A stretch of 64,000 bases of DNA from assembly GCA_963848135.1 (NCBI GenBank), contig CAWKCK010000004.1:124001-188000 (forward strand). Direction: 5' to 3'. Shown here piece after piece: positions 50,453 through 61,491 of this stretch. The first letter of the stretch is position 1; each line of letters begins with the position of its first letter. The notes under the pieces are model-generated. The model was given only the letters and a program-made list of their open reading frames with translations, was not told the origin of the DNA and did no database searches. Position numbers and translations under genes: made by a program. The DNA is from an uncultured delta proteobacterium (GTDB lineage: Bacteria > Desulfobacterota > Desulfobacteria > Desulfobacterales > SG8-13).

Positions 50453-50606
50453 GCCGGACTTTCGCCAAGTAGAGCTTTTCATTTAGGCGCATTTGGATTT
50501 TGGTCATTCGATATTGTTTCGGGTTTCGAAATTCGTACTTCAAATGCTTGATATCAAAGCCGTAACCCTGTGGAGAACATCGGCCATCAGAATAAAGGCC
50601 GTTTAG

Positions 50607-50752
50607 CCCGAATATTTCATGAAATCTTTTCTACACTATGAGTATATGAAATTTTAGATACTTGAACTGAAATTGAAGCATAATAGTCAGGGTACAGTTT
50701 GCAACTTATGATATTTAGAGAAAATTAGAAAAGATTTCATGAAACATCCGGG
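50607..50752. mobile_element. 146-bp MITE, CCCG-ended family
   Basis: CCCGAATATTTCATGAAATCTTTT ... AAAAGATTTCATGAAACATCCGGG; flanks TTAG/TTAA. Confidence 0.8.
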
Positions 50753-50779
50753 TTAAGGAGGGTGCTCGCTAACAATTCC

Positions 50780-51193
50780 ATGCTGAGCGAATACATATTC
50801 GTCGACACATCGGCCTTCTACGCACTACTGGACCGATCCGATCAATTTCATTCTCCGGCCAAGGCGGTCTGGCCGGCCCTGCTGGAAGACGGCATCACCC
50901 TGGTGACCACGAACTACGTGGTTTCCGAGACAGTGACCGTGCTCCAGTACCGGATCGGGTTCGAAGCCGCTAGTCTTTGGTACAAAGATATTTTCGGAAT
51001 TTTAACGGTTCGCTGGGTCGATGAAGACACTCACCGGCTGGCCTGTGAGCTGTGGATGAATCTGGGCCGCCAACATTACAGCCTGGTGGACTGTGTCAGC
51101 TATATCACCATGAATCAGAACCGGATCGAAAAAGCGTTCTGTTTCAAGGAGAACTACGCGGCCCAGGGTTTTGAACTCCTGCCGCCACTGTGA
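50780..51193 (+). CDS. PIN-domain VapC-type toxin
   Basis: IFVDTSAFYAL, TTNYVVSET, YSLVDCVS, AFCF. Confidence 0.88.
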   Translation: MLSEYIFVDTSAFYALLDRSDQFHSPAKAVWPALLEDGITLVTTNYVVSETVTVLQYRIGFEAASLWYKDIFGILTVRWVDEDTHRLACELWMNLGRQHYSLVDCVSYITMNQNRIEKAFCFKENYAAQGFELLPPL

Positions 51194-51490
51194 ACCCGGT
51201 TTGCCCCTCCCGTCGGGCTCGAGCGATTTAGGGAAGCGGGCGTGAGATCCCAAATTTTTCCCTTTGACCTTTTCCCTTTCAGCTTTGAGCTTTGAGCTCC
51301 ATATCGCTTTGAGCCTTGACCCCTTGAACCCTCGAGGATTAATCAAACAAATCCAACCAATCAAAATTTTCCAATGAAATTCTCGATAGGGACGAGCGTA
51401 GCGGATTTCATCGGAACCAATACAACCAATTAAACTAATCAAACCAATAAAACTAATTAAACCAAACCAACCAATCCAACGGATACTATA

Positions 51491-52600
51491 ATGATGAAAA
51501 AAACCATCCACCTCATCGCCGCCGCACGGCCCAACTTCATGAAGATCGCCCCTCTTTATCATGCACTCAAGGAACGGGACTGGGCCGAACCGGAGATCGT
51601 CCACACCGGGCAGCACTACGACATCAACATGTCGGATGCGTTTTTCAAGGACCTGTTGCTGCCGGAACCGCACCACCACCTCGGCGTTGGCAGCGGCTCG
51701 CACGCCGAGCAGACCGGCCGCGTGATGATGGCCTACGAAAAGCTGATTTCAGAAAAACAGCCCGACATGGTGGTTGTGGTCGGCGATGTCAACTCCACGG
51801 TGGCCTGCACCCTGGCGGCCGTCAAGATGAACGGTAGCCGGCCCCTGGTGGCCCATCTGGAAGCCGGTTTGCGCTCGTTTGACCGTACCATGCCTGAAGA
51901 GATCAACCGCATTGTCACCGATTCCATCGCCGACATCCTCTGGACCCCTTCGCCCGACGGTGACGAGAACCTGTTGAAAGAGGGCATCCCGGCAGAGAAG
52001 ATCGAGCGGGTCGGCAACATCATGATCGATTCGCTGGAAATGATGCGGGCGCGTATCGGGCGTGAAAATGCCATGTCAACATACGGCGTCGATACGGCCG
52101 GCTACGGATTGGTCACCCTGCACAGGCCGGCGAACGTCGATGACAGGCATAAACTTGCCGAACTCTGCCAGGCCCTGGTGCGCGTTTCTGAAACCCTCCC
52201 GCTGGTTTTCCCTGTTCATCCGCGCACACGTAAAAACCTGGCGACGTACGACCTGCTGGCGGTTCTGGAGCGTGCCCCCGGTATACACCTGGAAGAGCCC
52301 ATCGGTTACGTGACATTCATGAACCTGGTTTTCAACTGCCGTATGGTGATCACCGACTCCGGGGGCATCCAGGAAGAATCGACCTACCTCGGCATCCCTT
52401 GCCTGACGCTGAGACCCAACACCGAACGCCCGATTACTATTACCGAAGGCACCAACCGCCTGTGCACGGTGGCGGTGCTTGCGGCGTGTGTGATGGACAT
52501 CATGCACGCAGAAGGAGAGAGGCCCCGCAAACCGGACCTGTGGGATGGACGAACCGCGGGGCGTGTGGCCGGGTCGATTCAGCGGCGACTGGGGGTTTAG
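51491..52600 (+). CDS. wecB: UDP-N-acetylglucosamine 2-epimerase (non-hydrolysing)
   Basis: ARPNFMKIAP, HTGQHYD, HLEAGLRSFDRTMPEEINR, TDSGGIQEE, TERP. Confidence 0.95.
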   Translation: MMKKTIHLIAAARPNFMKIAPLYHALKERDWAEPEIVHTGQHYDINMSDAFFKDLLLPEPHHHLGVGSGSHAEQTGRVMMAYEKLISEKQPDMVVVVGDVNSTVACTLAAVKMNGSRPLVAHLEAGLRSFDRTMPEEINRIVTDSIADILWTPSPDGDENLLKEGIPAEKIERVGNIMIDSLEMMRARIGRENAMSTYGVDTAGYGLVTLHRPANVDDRHKLAELCQALVRVSETLPLVFPVHPRTRKNLATYDLLAVLERAPGIHLEEPIGYVTFMNLVFNCRMVITDSGGIQEESTYLGIPCLTLRPNTERPITITEGTNRLCTVAVLAACVMDIMHAEGERPRKPDLWDGRTAGRVAGSIQRRLGV

Positions 52601-52761
52601 GAATTAGGGGATTCAGGAATTGAAGAATTTGAGAATTCAATAATTGGAGATTTGGGGAATTCATAAAAGTGATCTAAAATTTGAAGTGCCTAAAGTGAAC
52701 TAAAGTGTATAAACACAAGCGAAGCGGATTTCACCGGGACGATCCTAATGCTTCCTATACC

Positions 52762-52866
52762 TGCAACCCGCAACTCGCAACCCGTAACCCGCAACTCGTA
52801 ACCCGCAACTCGTAACCCGCAACCCGTAACTCGTAACCCGCAACCCGCAACCCGTAACCCGCAACT
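52762..52866. repeat. 15-unit heptamer tandem repeat CG(C/T)AAC(C/T)
   Basis: Direct reading; shorter array at ~56588-56620. Confidence 0.9.
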
Positions 52867-52965
52867 TCTATTTGCCCTTAAAGGGTGATCGGTTTGTGCG
52901 AACATATCTCTACAGGATCTGTGGTCAATGTGACAGACATAAAATGACTAAAAAATGGAGGAAAC

Positions 52966-54678
52966 TTGAAGAAAACCAAACTGAAACCTGCTGCAAGAAC
53001 ACAGTCGAAACCGAACAGCGAACCCACCGTTTCCACCTGTCCCAAGGGCGAAGAATTCCTGCTGCCTCTGCCCGATGACTATCCAAAGGAGTTCAAACGC
53101 CTTAAGCGGATCGTCAAAGAACAGCGCCTCAAGGGCCGCGAAATCGTGGTGGTCATGGGTGTGGGGTTCGTCGGGGCCGTGATGGCCGGGGTGGTGGCCG
53201 ACTCGACGTCTAAAAAAGGATCCATTGAAAAGTTTGTCATCGGAATGCAGCGGCCGTCGGCAAGATCCTACTGGAAGATTCCTTACCTGAACCGCGGCAT
53301 CGCGCCGGTCGAGGCCGAAGATCCGGAAGTGGCGCCCTTGATCCGGCGCTGCGTCAAGGACAAAAAGAACCTGATCGCCACGTATACCTATGATGTCCTT
53401 AGCCTGGCCGATGTGGTCATCGTCGATGTCCAATGCGACTACCACAAGGAAACCTTCGGGGATGTCCGCCAGGGGCACGCCGATATCGCGGCTCTGGAAG
53501 AGTGCCTCAAGATCATCGGCGAAAAAATCGATCCCGGCTGCCTGGTTCTGATCGAAACCACGGTACCGCCCGGCACCACCGAATATGTGGCCTATCCGAT
53601 CATCAGGAAAGAGTTCGAGAAGCGCGGCCTGATCGACAATGAACCGCTTCTGTCGCACTCTTTCGAGCGCGTTATGCCGGGCCGCAATTATGTGGCCTCT
53701 ATCAGGGATTTCTGGCGCGTGTGTAGCGGCATCAATGCCGACGCCCGCGAGCGGGTCGTGGCCTTTCTGTCGGATGTGCTCAATGTCGAGAAATTTCCAC
53801 TCACCGTTCTCGATCGGCCGCTTGAGAGTGAGACCTGCAAGATCGTCGAGAACTCTTTCCGCGCGTCTATCCTGGCCTTCATGGACGAGTGGAGCCTGTT
53901 TTCGGAACGAAACGGTGTCGACCTGATCAAGGTGATGCAGGCCATCAAGGTGCGGCCGACCCATTCCAATCTGATTTTCCCGGGGCCGGGTATCGGCGGG
54001 TACTGTTTGCCCAAGGACGGCGGGCTTGGATTCTGGTCCTACCACACCCTGATGGGTTTCGAAGACAGCATCTTCAAAATCACGCCGACCTCCATCGACA
54101 TCAACGACACCCGCGCCCTGCGTGTGGCCCAGCTGACCCGCGATGCCCTGCGCAACATGGGTAAGATCGTGGCGGCCTCGAACATCTCACTTCTCGGCGC
54201 GTCTTACCGCGAGGACGTGGGCGACACCCGCTACAGCGGTTCGGAGATCATCGTGCGCAAGCTCACTGAAATGGGCGGCGAACTGGTCGTGCACGATCCG
54301 TATGTCAGACACTGGTGGGAGTTTGAAAAACAGGACACCTATCCCTCGGCCAGCCACTCGTGGAAGCGCTTTTTCCGCAACCAGGAGAAGCTGGTCGAAT
54401 TGAAGATGCAGAAGAATATCAAATCCACGCTCAAGGGTGCGGATGCGGTCATTCTGGCCGTTCGTCACCAGGAGTATTTGGCTCTCGACCCCGATGCGGT
54501 GGTGGAGATGATCGGTCGGCCGGCGGCGATCATCGATTGCTTCGGCATTTTGGACGATACGAAAATCCGCCGCTATTTCGAACTGGGCTGCGAAGTCAAA
54601 GGTCTCGGCAGGGGGCATGTCAAGCGAATCAAGGATGAGGTCCGCTCCGATTCGCAGGTATCGCCGCGGCGGGCATAG
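52966..54678 (+). CDS. UDP-glucose/GDP-mannose dehydrogenase family nucleotide-sugar dehydrogenase
   Basis: GVGFVG, ETTVPPGTT, KIVENSFR, PGPGIGGYCLPKD, GASYREDVGDTR. Confidence 0.92.
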   Translation: MKKTKLKPAARTQSKPNSEPTVSTCPKGEEFLLPLPDDYPKEFKRLKRIVKEQRLKGREIVVVMGVGFVGAVMAGVVADSTSKKGSIEKFVIGMQRPSARSYWKIPYLNRGIAPVEAEDPEVAPLIRRCVKDKKNLIATYTYDVLSLADVVIVDVQCDYHKETFGDVRQGHADIAALEECLKIIGEKIDPGCLVLIETTVPPGTTEYVAYPIIRKEFEKRGLIDNEPLLSHSFERVMPGRNYVASIRDFWRVCSGINADARERVVAFLSDVLNVEKFPLTVLDRPLESETCKIVENSFRASILAFMDEWSLFSERNGVDLIKVMQAIKVRPTHSNLIFPGPGIGGYCLPKDGGLGFWSYHTLMGFEDSIFKITPTSIDINDTRALRVAQLTRDALRNMGKIVAASNISLLGASYREDVGDTRYSGSEIIVRKLTEMGGELVVHDPYVRHWWEFEKQDTYPSASHSWKRFFRNQEKLVELKMQKNIKSTLKGADAVILAVRHQEYLALDPDAVVEMIGRPAAIIDCFGILDDTKIRRYFELGCEVKGLGRGHVKRIKDEVRSDSQVSPRRA

Positions 54679-54828
54679 CCCGCATTTTTCATGAATATTT
54701 TTTAGCATTTTTGATCCGATTGTTGGGGTGCAAAATGCACTCCGAAACTTACCAACAGAATATTCTTTGACCAGTTGATATTATGTCTTTTTGCAGATCT
54801 GCTGAAAAATATTCATGAAAGATGCGGG
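54679..54828. mobile_element. 150-bp MITE, CCCG-ended family, with a 4-bp ATAG direct repeat
   Basis: ATAG|CCCGCATTTTTCATGAATATTTTT ... AAAAATATTCATGAAAGATGCGGG|ATAG. Confidence 0.85.
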
Positions 54829-54840
54829 ATAGCGGTCTTG

Positions 54841-56397
54841 GTGACGGCGGAACAGGGGCCGGAGCGGTTGCGTTTTTTGTGGATATATCGGGTCCATGGC
54901 CTTCGGCACCCGTTCAGAAAATCTTTACTTCGGATCGGCATCATCGCAGCGACAGTTCTCAACCTGTGCATCCCGGAATCTTTCGCGGATTACAAAAAAG
55001 ACATCGGGTATACGGCGCTGAGAGCCGAGCAGGGATCGAGTCTTCCGGACGGCAGCAAAAGCCCGCCGGTGACCCAAACCGAAGCGGCAACGGCGATCGA
55101 TCATGATGGAAATGATCAAACCGACCCCATCAAGGTGTGGATGCCAAACCCCGGTCACTCTGAATTCAAGGGTAAAAAGATCTTCAACCGGTCCGGATCG
55201 CTGCCGTATTATTCCGGGCACGCTACAGGCACGGGGTATCTGTTCTACGGTAGAAAAAGGTCGATGGCACCCGGGATAAAATCCGTTGAAAGCTACCGCG
55301 CCAGCCATTGGTTGGGGCCGGGTTTTCTAAGAAGCGACAGTCCCTACAAACCTAACACCAGCCCCAGTCGCGTTGGCAATCACAGCTGGGTCGCTTCGAT
55401 AAACGGAAACAATCCGGCGGTCTTGAGAAGAATCGACTGGGTGGTGGCGACCGATGAAACCACCCAGGTTGTCGGGCCCTGTCGTCCGAACAACCCCCTG
55501 CTGGGCAGCGCTTTCAACACGATCGCTGTTGGCCAGGCCGGCGGTGAAAACGGAAATGGTACTGCCGCGGTGGATAGTGTCTACACCCCGGGGCGCACCT
55601 GTCCCCAGCTGGTCGCCCCCCGAAAGACCGCCAGCGCCGCCGCACCGGTGGTGGCGGCCGCAGCGACACTGCTGATCGAGTTGGGCCATGAGCGGCCCGC
55701 ACTCTCCACGGACCCGGTCGCGCAGCATACCGCCGATCGAAACGGCCAAACGGTTTACAACGCCGAAAGATCCGAAGTCATAAAAGCAGCCTTACTGGCA
55801 GGGGCTGACCGTGTGACCCGCAATACGGAAGTCATCGGTAACACTGCGATCGATATTGTGGATTATCGCGCCATACCCGCACACCAGGCGGTCAATGGGT
55901 TGGACCGGCGCTACGGTGCCGGACAGGTCAATATCAAAAACAGCTACCATATCCTTGCCGGCGGCGAAACAAACTCCACGGAAGATATGCCCGGGACCGG
56001 CGGCGTTATCGGACCGCACGGCTTTGATTATGATCCGACGTTCGGCGGTGCGGACGGCAGCAATGCTCTTGCATCCTATTTCTTCACTGTTTATAAGAAT
56101 TCACGACACCTGTGGGCCGCACTGGTGTGGAACATCGTCATCGATGCGGGTGCCGGCCCGTATTTTGTCGGCACTCCGACATTATACAATCTCGATCTCT
56201 TTCTATACGATGTCACTGGCTCCGGCGAACCCCGTCAGATTGCCGTATCCGTCTCTTCAGCCGATAATACCGAGAATTTGTGGGTCAAGCTCGACCAAGA
56301 CCACCGCTATATGATCCAGGTCAAGCCCGGCGCCGGGCAGGGGACTTTTAAATGGGACTACGCCCTGGCATGGCGGATCGGGAGGCAGGGGGAGTAG
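54841..56397 (+). CDS. Exported subtilase (S8)-like protein; start uncertain
   Basis: SGHATGTG (His), NHSW, TASAAAPVVAAAATLL (Ser), IKAALLAGA, YGAGQVN; beta-rich C-terminal domain. Confidence 0.7.
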   Translation: MTAEQGPERLRFLWIYRVHGLRHPFRKSLLRIGIIAATVLNLCIPESFADYKKDIGYTALRAEQGSSLPDGSKSPPVTQTEAATAIDHDGNDQTDPIKVWMPNPGHSEFKGKKIFNRSGSLPYYSGHATGTGYLFYGRKRSMAPGIKSVESYRASHWLGPGFLRSDSPYKPNTSPSRVGNHSWVASINGNNPAVLRRIDWVVATDETTQVVGPCRPNNPLLGSAFNTIAVGQAGGENGNGTAAVDSVYTPGRTCPQLVAPRKTASAAAPVVAAAATLLIELGHERPALSTDPVAQHTADRNGQTVYNAERSEVIKAALLAGADRVTRNTEVIGNTAIDIVDYRAIPAHQAVNGLDRRYGAGQVNIKNSYHILAGGETNSTEDMPGTGGVIGPHGFDYDPTFGGADGSNALASYFFTVYKNSRHLWAALVWNIVIDAGAGPYFVGTPTLYNLDLFLYDVTGSGEPRQIAVSVSSADNTENLWVKLDQDHRYMIQVKPGAGQGTFKWDYALAWRIGRQGE

Positions 56398-57207
56398 GGA
56401 AGGGAATAATTCAGGAATTCAGGAATTGAGGGATAGAAAGGGATGTTATAATTGTTTCATTGGTTCAATTGGTTGCATTGGTTTTATTTGTTAGAAACCG
56501 AACTGCAGCTCAACGCTCAAGCTCAAAGCTGAATGCAATATAATAGCTTTGGAGGCTGGAGGCAACACGGAACACGAGGCCCATAAACCCGTAACTCGCA
56601 ACTCGTAACCCGCAACCCCAACCTCAAAGCTCAAAGCTGAAAGCTCAAAGGGAAACACGAATCACGGCTCCAAGCTGAAAAGTTATCTCACACTCGCTCC
56701 TCGAGAGTCTCTCGAGGCACCCTAGTTAAATTAACTATCGGTGTCTGCATGGCAGAATTTAACGGGGCAGGCAGAGAACGCCGAAAAACTGGTTTTTTTC
56801 ATTAAGCGGTAGACACCGATTTCAGCTTTTCCCGGCTCTTACAGAGCCCACAGTGATAGGGTATATCAAAACACAAATGCCTGAGCAAGACGACAACCCC
56901 ACTCGCTATTTTTCGTTTTCCTACCCGGGAGGGTCGACGGATTTTCCTTTGCGAATGTCCGCAAAGGAAAAAATTGATGTTGTCTGTGTCAATCTGTGTG
57001 GGTCTGTGGCTAATATATCTCTGAGTTCTCCGTGCTCGAACGCAGCGGGTGTAAAATATAATCTTTCAGCTTTGAGCTTTGACCTCATTTTGCGTTCCAA
57101 ACGATCTAAACGTTATTTTCACCCTTTTCCAATTTTAGATCACATACAACTTTAGCCACTTCAAATACTTTAGCTCACTTCAGTCATTTCATGGATAGGA
57201 ATGGATT

Positions 57208-58293
57208 ATGAAAAGAGCCTTAATTACCGGCATCACCGGGCAAGACGGTGCGTATCTGGCCGACTTTCTATTGAAAAAAGGTTATGAAGTCCACGGCATC
57301 AAACGGCGTGCGTCTTCCTTCAACACCGACCGGATCGACCATCTTTACCAGGACCCTCATGATGTTGACCTACGCTTTTTCCTGCACTACGGCGATCTCA
57401 CCGACTCGACCAACCTGATCCGCATTGTACAGGAGGTCCAGCCGGACGAGATTTATAACCTGGCGGCCCAGAGCCATGTCCAGGTTTCCTTTGAAAGCCC
57501 GGAGTACACGGCCAATTCGGATGCCCTTGGGACCCTGAGGCTACTGGAGGCTATCCGTATCCTGGGGCTGGAGCGGAAAACCCGCTTCTACCAGGCCTCG
57601 ACAAGTGAGATGTACGGCAAGGTTCGGGAAATTCCCCAGACCGAGAAAACACCGTTCTACCCCCGCAGCCCGTATGGGGTGGCCAAGGTCTACGGCTACT
57701 GGATTACGGTCAACTACCGCGAGGCTTACAATCTTTTTGCTTGCAACGGGATTCTTTTCAATCACGAATCGCCCATAAGAGGCGAGACCTTTGTCACACG
57801 CAAGATCACCCGGGCCGTGGCCCGCATCAAGTTGGGGCTGCAGGAGAAACTCTACCTGGGCAACCTCGATTCAAAGCGCGATTGGGGATATGCCGGTGAC
57901 TATGTCAAGGCCATGTGGCTGATGCTCCAGCAGGAGCAGCCCGAGGATTATGTGATTGCGACTGGCGAGACCCACACGGTGCGTGAATTCATTGAAAAAG
58001 CATTTGCCAAAGTGTCCATGCCCATCGCCTGGGAAGGGGAGGGCATCGCCGAAGTCGGTCGCAACCCGGAGAACGGCCAGGAACTGGTGCATGTGGACCC
58101 ACGCTACTTCAGACCCACGGAGGTCGATTCCCTTCTTGGCGATCCGACCAAGGCCAGGCAAAAACTCGGCTGGGAGTCGAAACTATCCTTTGATAAGCTG
58201 GTCGAAATAATGGTGGAGGAAGATCTGAACCAGGCCGATCGGGACCATCTCGTTAAATGCGAGGGATTTGCGGTTTACGACCGATTTGAATAG
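57208..58293 (+). CDS. gmd: GDP-mannose 4,6-dehydratase
   Basis: [50 protein letters not shown]. Confidence 0.97.
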   Translation: MKRALITGITGQDGAYLADFLLKKGYEVHGIKRRASSFNTDRIDHLYQDPHDVDLRFFLHYGDLTDSTNLIRIVQEVQPDEIYNLAAQSHVQVSFESPEYTANSDALGTLRLLEAIRILGLERKTRFYQASTSEMYGKVREIPQTEKTPFYPRSPYGVAKVYGYWITVNYREAYNLFACNGILFNHESPIRGETFVTRKITRAVARIKLGLQEKLYLGNLDSKRDWGYAGDYVKAMWLMLQQEQPEDYVIATGETHTVREFIEKAFAKVSMPIAWEGEGIAEVGRNPENGQELVHVDPRYFRPTEVDSLLGDPTKARQKLGWESKLSFDKLVEIMVEEDLNQADRDHLVKCEGFAVYDRFE

Positions 58294-58462
58294 AGGTGGA
58301 TTCCGCTGCGTTTCAAAAAATCGAACACCATTTTATCGATCTAAACAATCCAAACGCGCTAAACGAGACTAAACGAATCAACCTCTGATATACGTCGCCA
58401 AATCCTTCGATCAAGTTTTAGAACTTGGGTATTCCCACAGGAAGTTTGATATGCACTAAATC

Positions 58463-59590
58463 ATGATCGCCCTCAAATCCCTAAACCAACAAATTCAAAA
58501 GTTCTCCTACGTCTGGATCTGGCTTATTCTAGTGCTTGTCGTGCCCATCAACGTTTTCGCCATCTGCACTGGCGACTTCGACGCTGACAGTGATGTGGAC
58601 GGCAGCAACCTGCATGAACTCGTCTCGGGTAAAAAGGGAATAAGAGCGTCCTTCTTTGCGGCTGATTTCGGGCGTGTGAATTGCCCGCCGTTGCCTGCTG
58701 CGCCATTGAATCAATTTAATATTGGAGATTCTATCGGTGAGGGGGAAGCGGTCTACAACGATATCTTTATCCTGCATCATGAGGCGGTCTGGTCGACCGG
58801 CTATGAATTCGGAGACATCGTTTACAGCCTGAACGAACGTTTCGAGGATATTGATCCGATGGGTTACTTTGAAAATGATGCCTTTGAGGACGGTATTCTC
58901 AATCAGGCTGTGAGCGGTGCTGAGATGGCCGCATTTGCAACCCAAGCGAATGCAGTAGTGGCAGCTACTGCAGCCACACCATCAGAGACTGCCGGCATGA
59001 TATCCGTGCTGCTTGGCAATAATGATGTTTGCTCGGCCTCCAGCATTCAGGCATTGCAAAGCGATGCCAGTAAAAACCTGTTCGAGCAAGAATACCGAGC
59101 GGGTTTGGATGCACTGGCCGCTTCCCAGGCCACCCGTAACGCATATGTTTCCGTGTCGAGCATTCCTGCCATCTACTGGCTCTGGAATGCCAAGCGCGAA
59201 AACTTTTGGTGCCGTGTTTTCGTATGGCCATCCGTGCCCTGCGAGATCCTCCTCGATAGTCCGGTCAATGATTGCGGAGCTGGAAATTCACATCTCGATC
59301 CCGATACCATACACCCAGACGATGGCCCAAACTGTATTCGTCGCAAAGAATTTCACGCCGCCATCCGGGACAGATATAATTCGGTTCTTTCTGATGTATT
59401 GTTGGAATACAAAACAGACGGTCGACTGCCAAACGCCTACTTTGTCGATATCTTCGACATTCAATTCGATGACACTCATGTGAACAGCGGTGATTGCTTC
59501 CACCCAAGTATTATCGGTCATGAGATGCTCGCCCGTGAAGAGTGGTGCCGATCACCCTGGAGTGCAACAGATCTGAACTGTGGGAATTGA
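58463..59590 (+). CDS. Exported SGNH/GDSL hydrolase with a dockerin/EF-hand-like N-terminal motif
   Basis: GDFDADSDVDGSNL; IGDSIG, NQAVSGA, LGNND, DCFHPS. Confidence 0.85.
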   Translation: MIALKSLNQQIQKFSYVWIWLILVLVVPINVFAICTGDFDADSDVDGSNLHELVSGKKGIRASFFAADFGRVNCPPLPAAPLNQFNIGDSIGEGEAVYNDIFILHHEAVWSTGYEFGDIVYSLNERFEDIDPMGYFENDAFEDGILNQAVSGAEMAAFATQANAVVAATAATPSETAGMISVLLGNNDVCSASSIQALQSDASKNLFEQEYRAGLDALAASQATRNAYVSVSSIPAIYWLWNAKRENFWCRVFVWPSVPCEILLDSPVNDCGAGNSHLDPDTIHPDDGPNCIRRKEFHAAIRDRYNSVLSDVLLEYKTDGRLPNAYFVDIFDIQFDDTHVNSGDCFHPSIIGHEMLAREEWCRSPWSATDLNCGN

Positions 59591-60221
59591 TATATCAACC
59601 TTTTCACCGCCCGCTTCAGTCGAGAAACAATAAATTGTTTTGTTCATTTCAATGGTTCGATTGGTTTTATTGGTTCCGTTTGTTAGACTGTTGAAGCCAT
59701 TTAATCTAACGATTTTCCATAATTCTCAAAATTATATTTTATCCCTGGATTCCATAATTCGCAATTTCGTGGATTTTTAACTATAGTTAATTTACCCAGA
59801 GCGGCGCAACGCCGCGTTTCATAAAATCGTATAACGATTTTATTTATATATTTATGGGCGTCCACAAGAACACAAATTAAATTTTCCCATTGAAATTCTC
59901 GATAGTCACGAGCATAGCGGAATTCATTGGGACTAATTGATCTAATAATACGGCTTTTAATGCAGCCTTTCTGTTTCTAACAAATAAAACCAATGCAACC
60001 AATAGAACCAGTAAAACTGTAGTTACTACCAATGAAACAAATAAAACTGTCTTTTTCATCCCTCAATTTCTGAATCGGATTATATATCTTAAGATTGTTA
60101 AAGAAAAGGAACGCAGGCTTTTAGAATGACTTATGCCAATATATCAATACCCGTCCCTGAATTCCTTAATAATAAAATCCGTGGTAGAAAACTCAATTAA
60201 TACAAGGTTAGTGAGGTTAAA

Positions 60222-60449
60222 ATGAAACAACTTAAGCGCATAACCGTTGATCCACAAGTTATGGGCGGCAAACCATGCATCAGAAAAATGCGCGTCACGG
60301 TAGGTACTATTGTCGGCTTGATCGGAACCGGTAGGACTTTGGAAGAGGTTCTCAAAGAATATCCTTATTTGGAACGAGAGGATATTCTCGAGGCTCTTTC
60401 TTATGCTGCTTGGCGTGCTGAGGAAGTAGAGGTTCCGCTCGCGTCATGA
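60222..60449 (+). CDS. DUF433 antitoxin-like protein
   Basis: RITVDPQVMGGKPCIRKMRVTV...EYPYLEREDILEAL. Confidence 0.9.
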   Translation: MKQLKRITVDPQVMGGKPCIRKMRVTVGTIVGLIGTGRTLEEVLKEYPYLEREDILEALSYAAWRAEEVEVPLAS

Positions 60450-60814
60450 TCAAGATTATCATCGACATGAACCTGCCGCCTAGCTTGGTGTCAATATTGA
60501 AAAATGAAGGCTGGGAAACATTGCATTGGTCCTCAATTGGGGATCCAGGGGCAACCGATTCGGAGATTATGCGATACGCAAAGAAGGGCGGTTATATGGT
60601 AATAACGCATGATCTTGACTTTGGAGCTATTCTTGCTGCAACGGGATGGAAAACACCCAGTGTTATCCAGATTCGAACGCAGGATGTATTTCCGGAGGCT
60701 ATTGGGAAGATGATTATTGCCACCATTCACCAATTCTCAAATGAGATCAAGAAAGGAGCCCTGATATCCGTTGATGAAAGCCGGTCTCGGGCTCGTATCC
60801 TACCGATACCATAG
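60446..60814 (+). CDS. DUF5615 PIN-like toxin
   Basis: IIDMNLPP, ATDSEI, ITHDLDFG, PSVIQIR; overlaps the DUF433 stop. Confidence 0.88.
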   Translation: MIKIIIDMNLPPSLVSILKNEGWETLHWSSIGDPGATDSEIMRYAKKGGYMVITHDLDFGAILAATGWKTPSVIQIRTQDVFPEAIGKMIIATIHQFSNEIKKGALISVDESRSRARILPIP

Positions 60815-61173
60815 TAATTACTAATTATCGATTCATGAGCTACAACGTCCAGACACAGCGGGATTACATAAATCGATAGCTTCTTCGTCGACTCTGGCGC
60901 ATTTAATCCCTAACTCCCTGAATACCGTAATTCCATAATTTTGTTTTGCCCTTTGAGCTTAAGCGTTGAGCTGCAGTTCGGTTTCTAACAAATTAAACCA
61001 ATGCAACCAACAGAACCAGTAAAACTGTAGTTACTACCAATAGAGCCAATGAAACTGTAGTTCCTACCAATCAAACAAATTAAACTGTTTTTTTAATCCC
61101 TAAATTCGTAGTTGACGATTTATTCATATTTTCATGGATGTTCCCCAAACCACGAAAAAAATGAAGTAAGCCA

Positions 61174-61491
61174 ATGAATCCCATAGAAAAAAATATAGTC
61201 GACGTTTTCAAAACGTTGCTGAATAGAAAGCTTAAGGTTTCTGAGCTCGTCCTATTTGGCTCAAGGGCCAGAGGCGATGCAGACCCGGATTCCGATCTCG
61301 ATGTACTGGTAATTGTTGATGACCTTTCCCCCGAATTTGAGGAATATATAAGTGACTGTGCCTGGGAGGCAGGATTTGAATACGGTATTGTGATTGTTCC
61401 GGTTGTTTTTTCACGTAATGAATGGGAAAATGGTCCGGAACGATACTCCTTGTTAGCTGAAGCGATAAAGTCGGAAGGTGTTATATTGTGA
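61174..61491 (+). CDS. Minimal nucleotidyltransferase (MNT) antitoxin
   Basis: LFGSRARGDADPDSDLDVLV. Confidence 0.9.
   Translation: MNPIEKNIVDVFKTLLNRKLKVSELVLFGSRARGDADPDSDLDVLVIVDDLSPEFEEYISDCAWEAGFEYGIVIVPVVFSRNEWENGPERYSLLAEAIKSEGVIL

Noticed and set aside
52762..52866. Possible CRISPR array
   Set aside because: 7-bp tandem units with no unique spacers; no cas genes and no repeat-spacer array anywhere in the window.
52690..52905. ORF with (GCGLRVT)n repeats
   Set aside because: It is only the translation of the heptamer tandem repeat.
54775..54840. TTG 54775 as start of the S8-like gene
   Set aside because: It lies inside the 54679-54828 MITE.
59877..60059. Hydrophobic 60-aa minus-strand ORF (possible type I toxin); also 51002-51703
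   Set aside because: Arises from translating the AACCAAT-type repeat modules.
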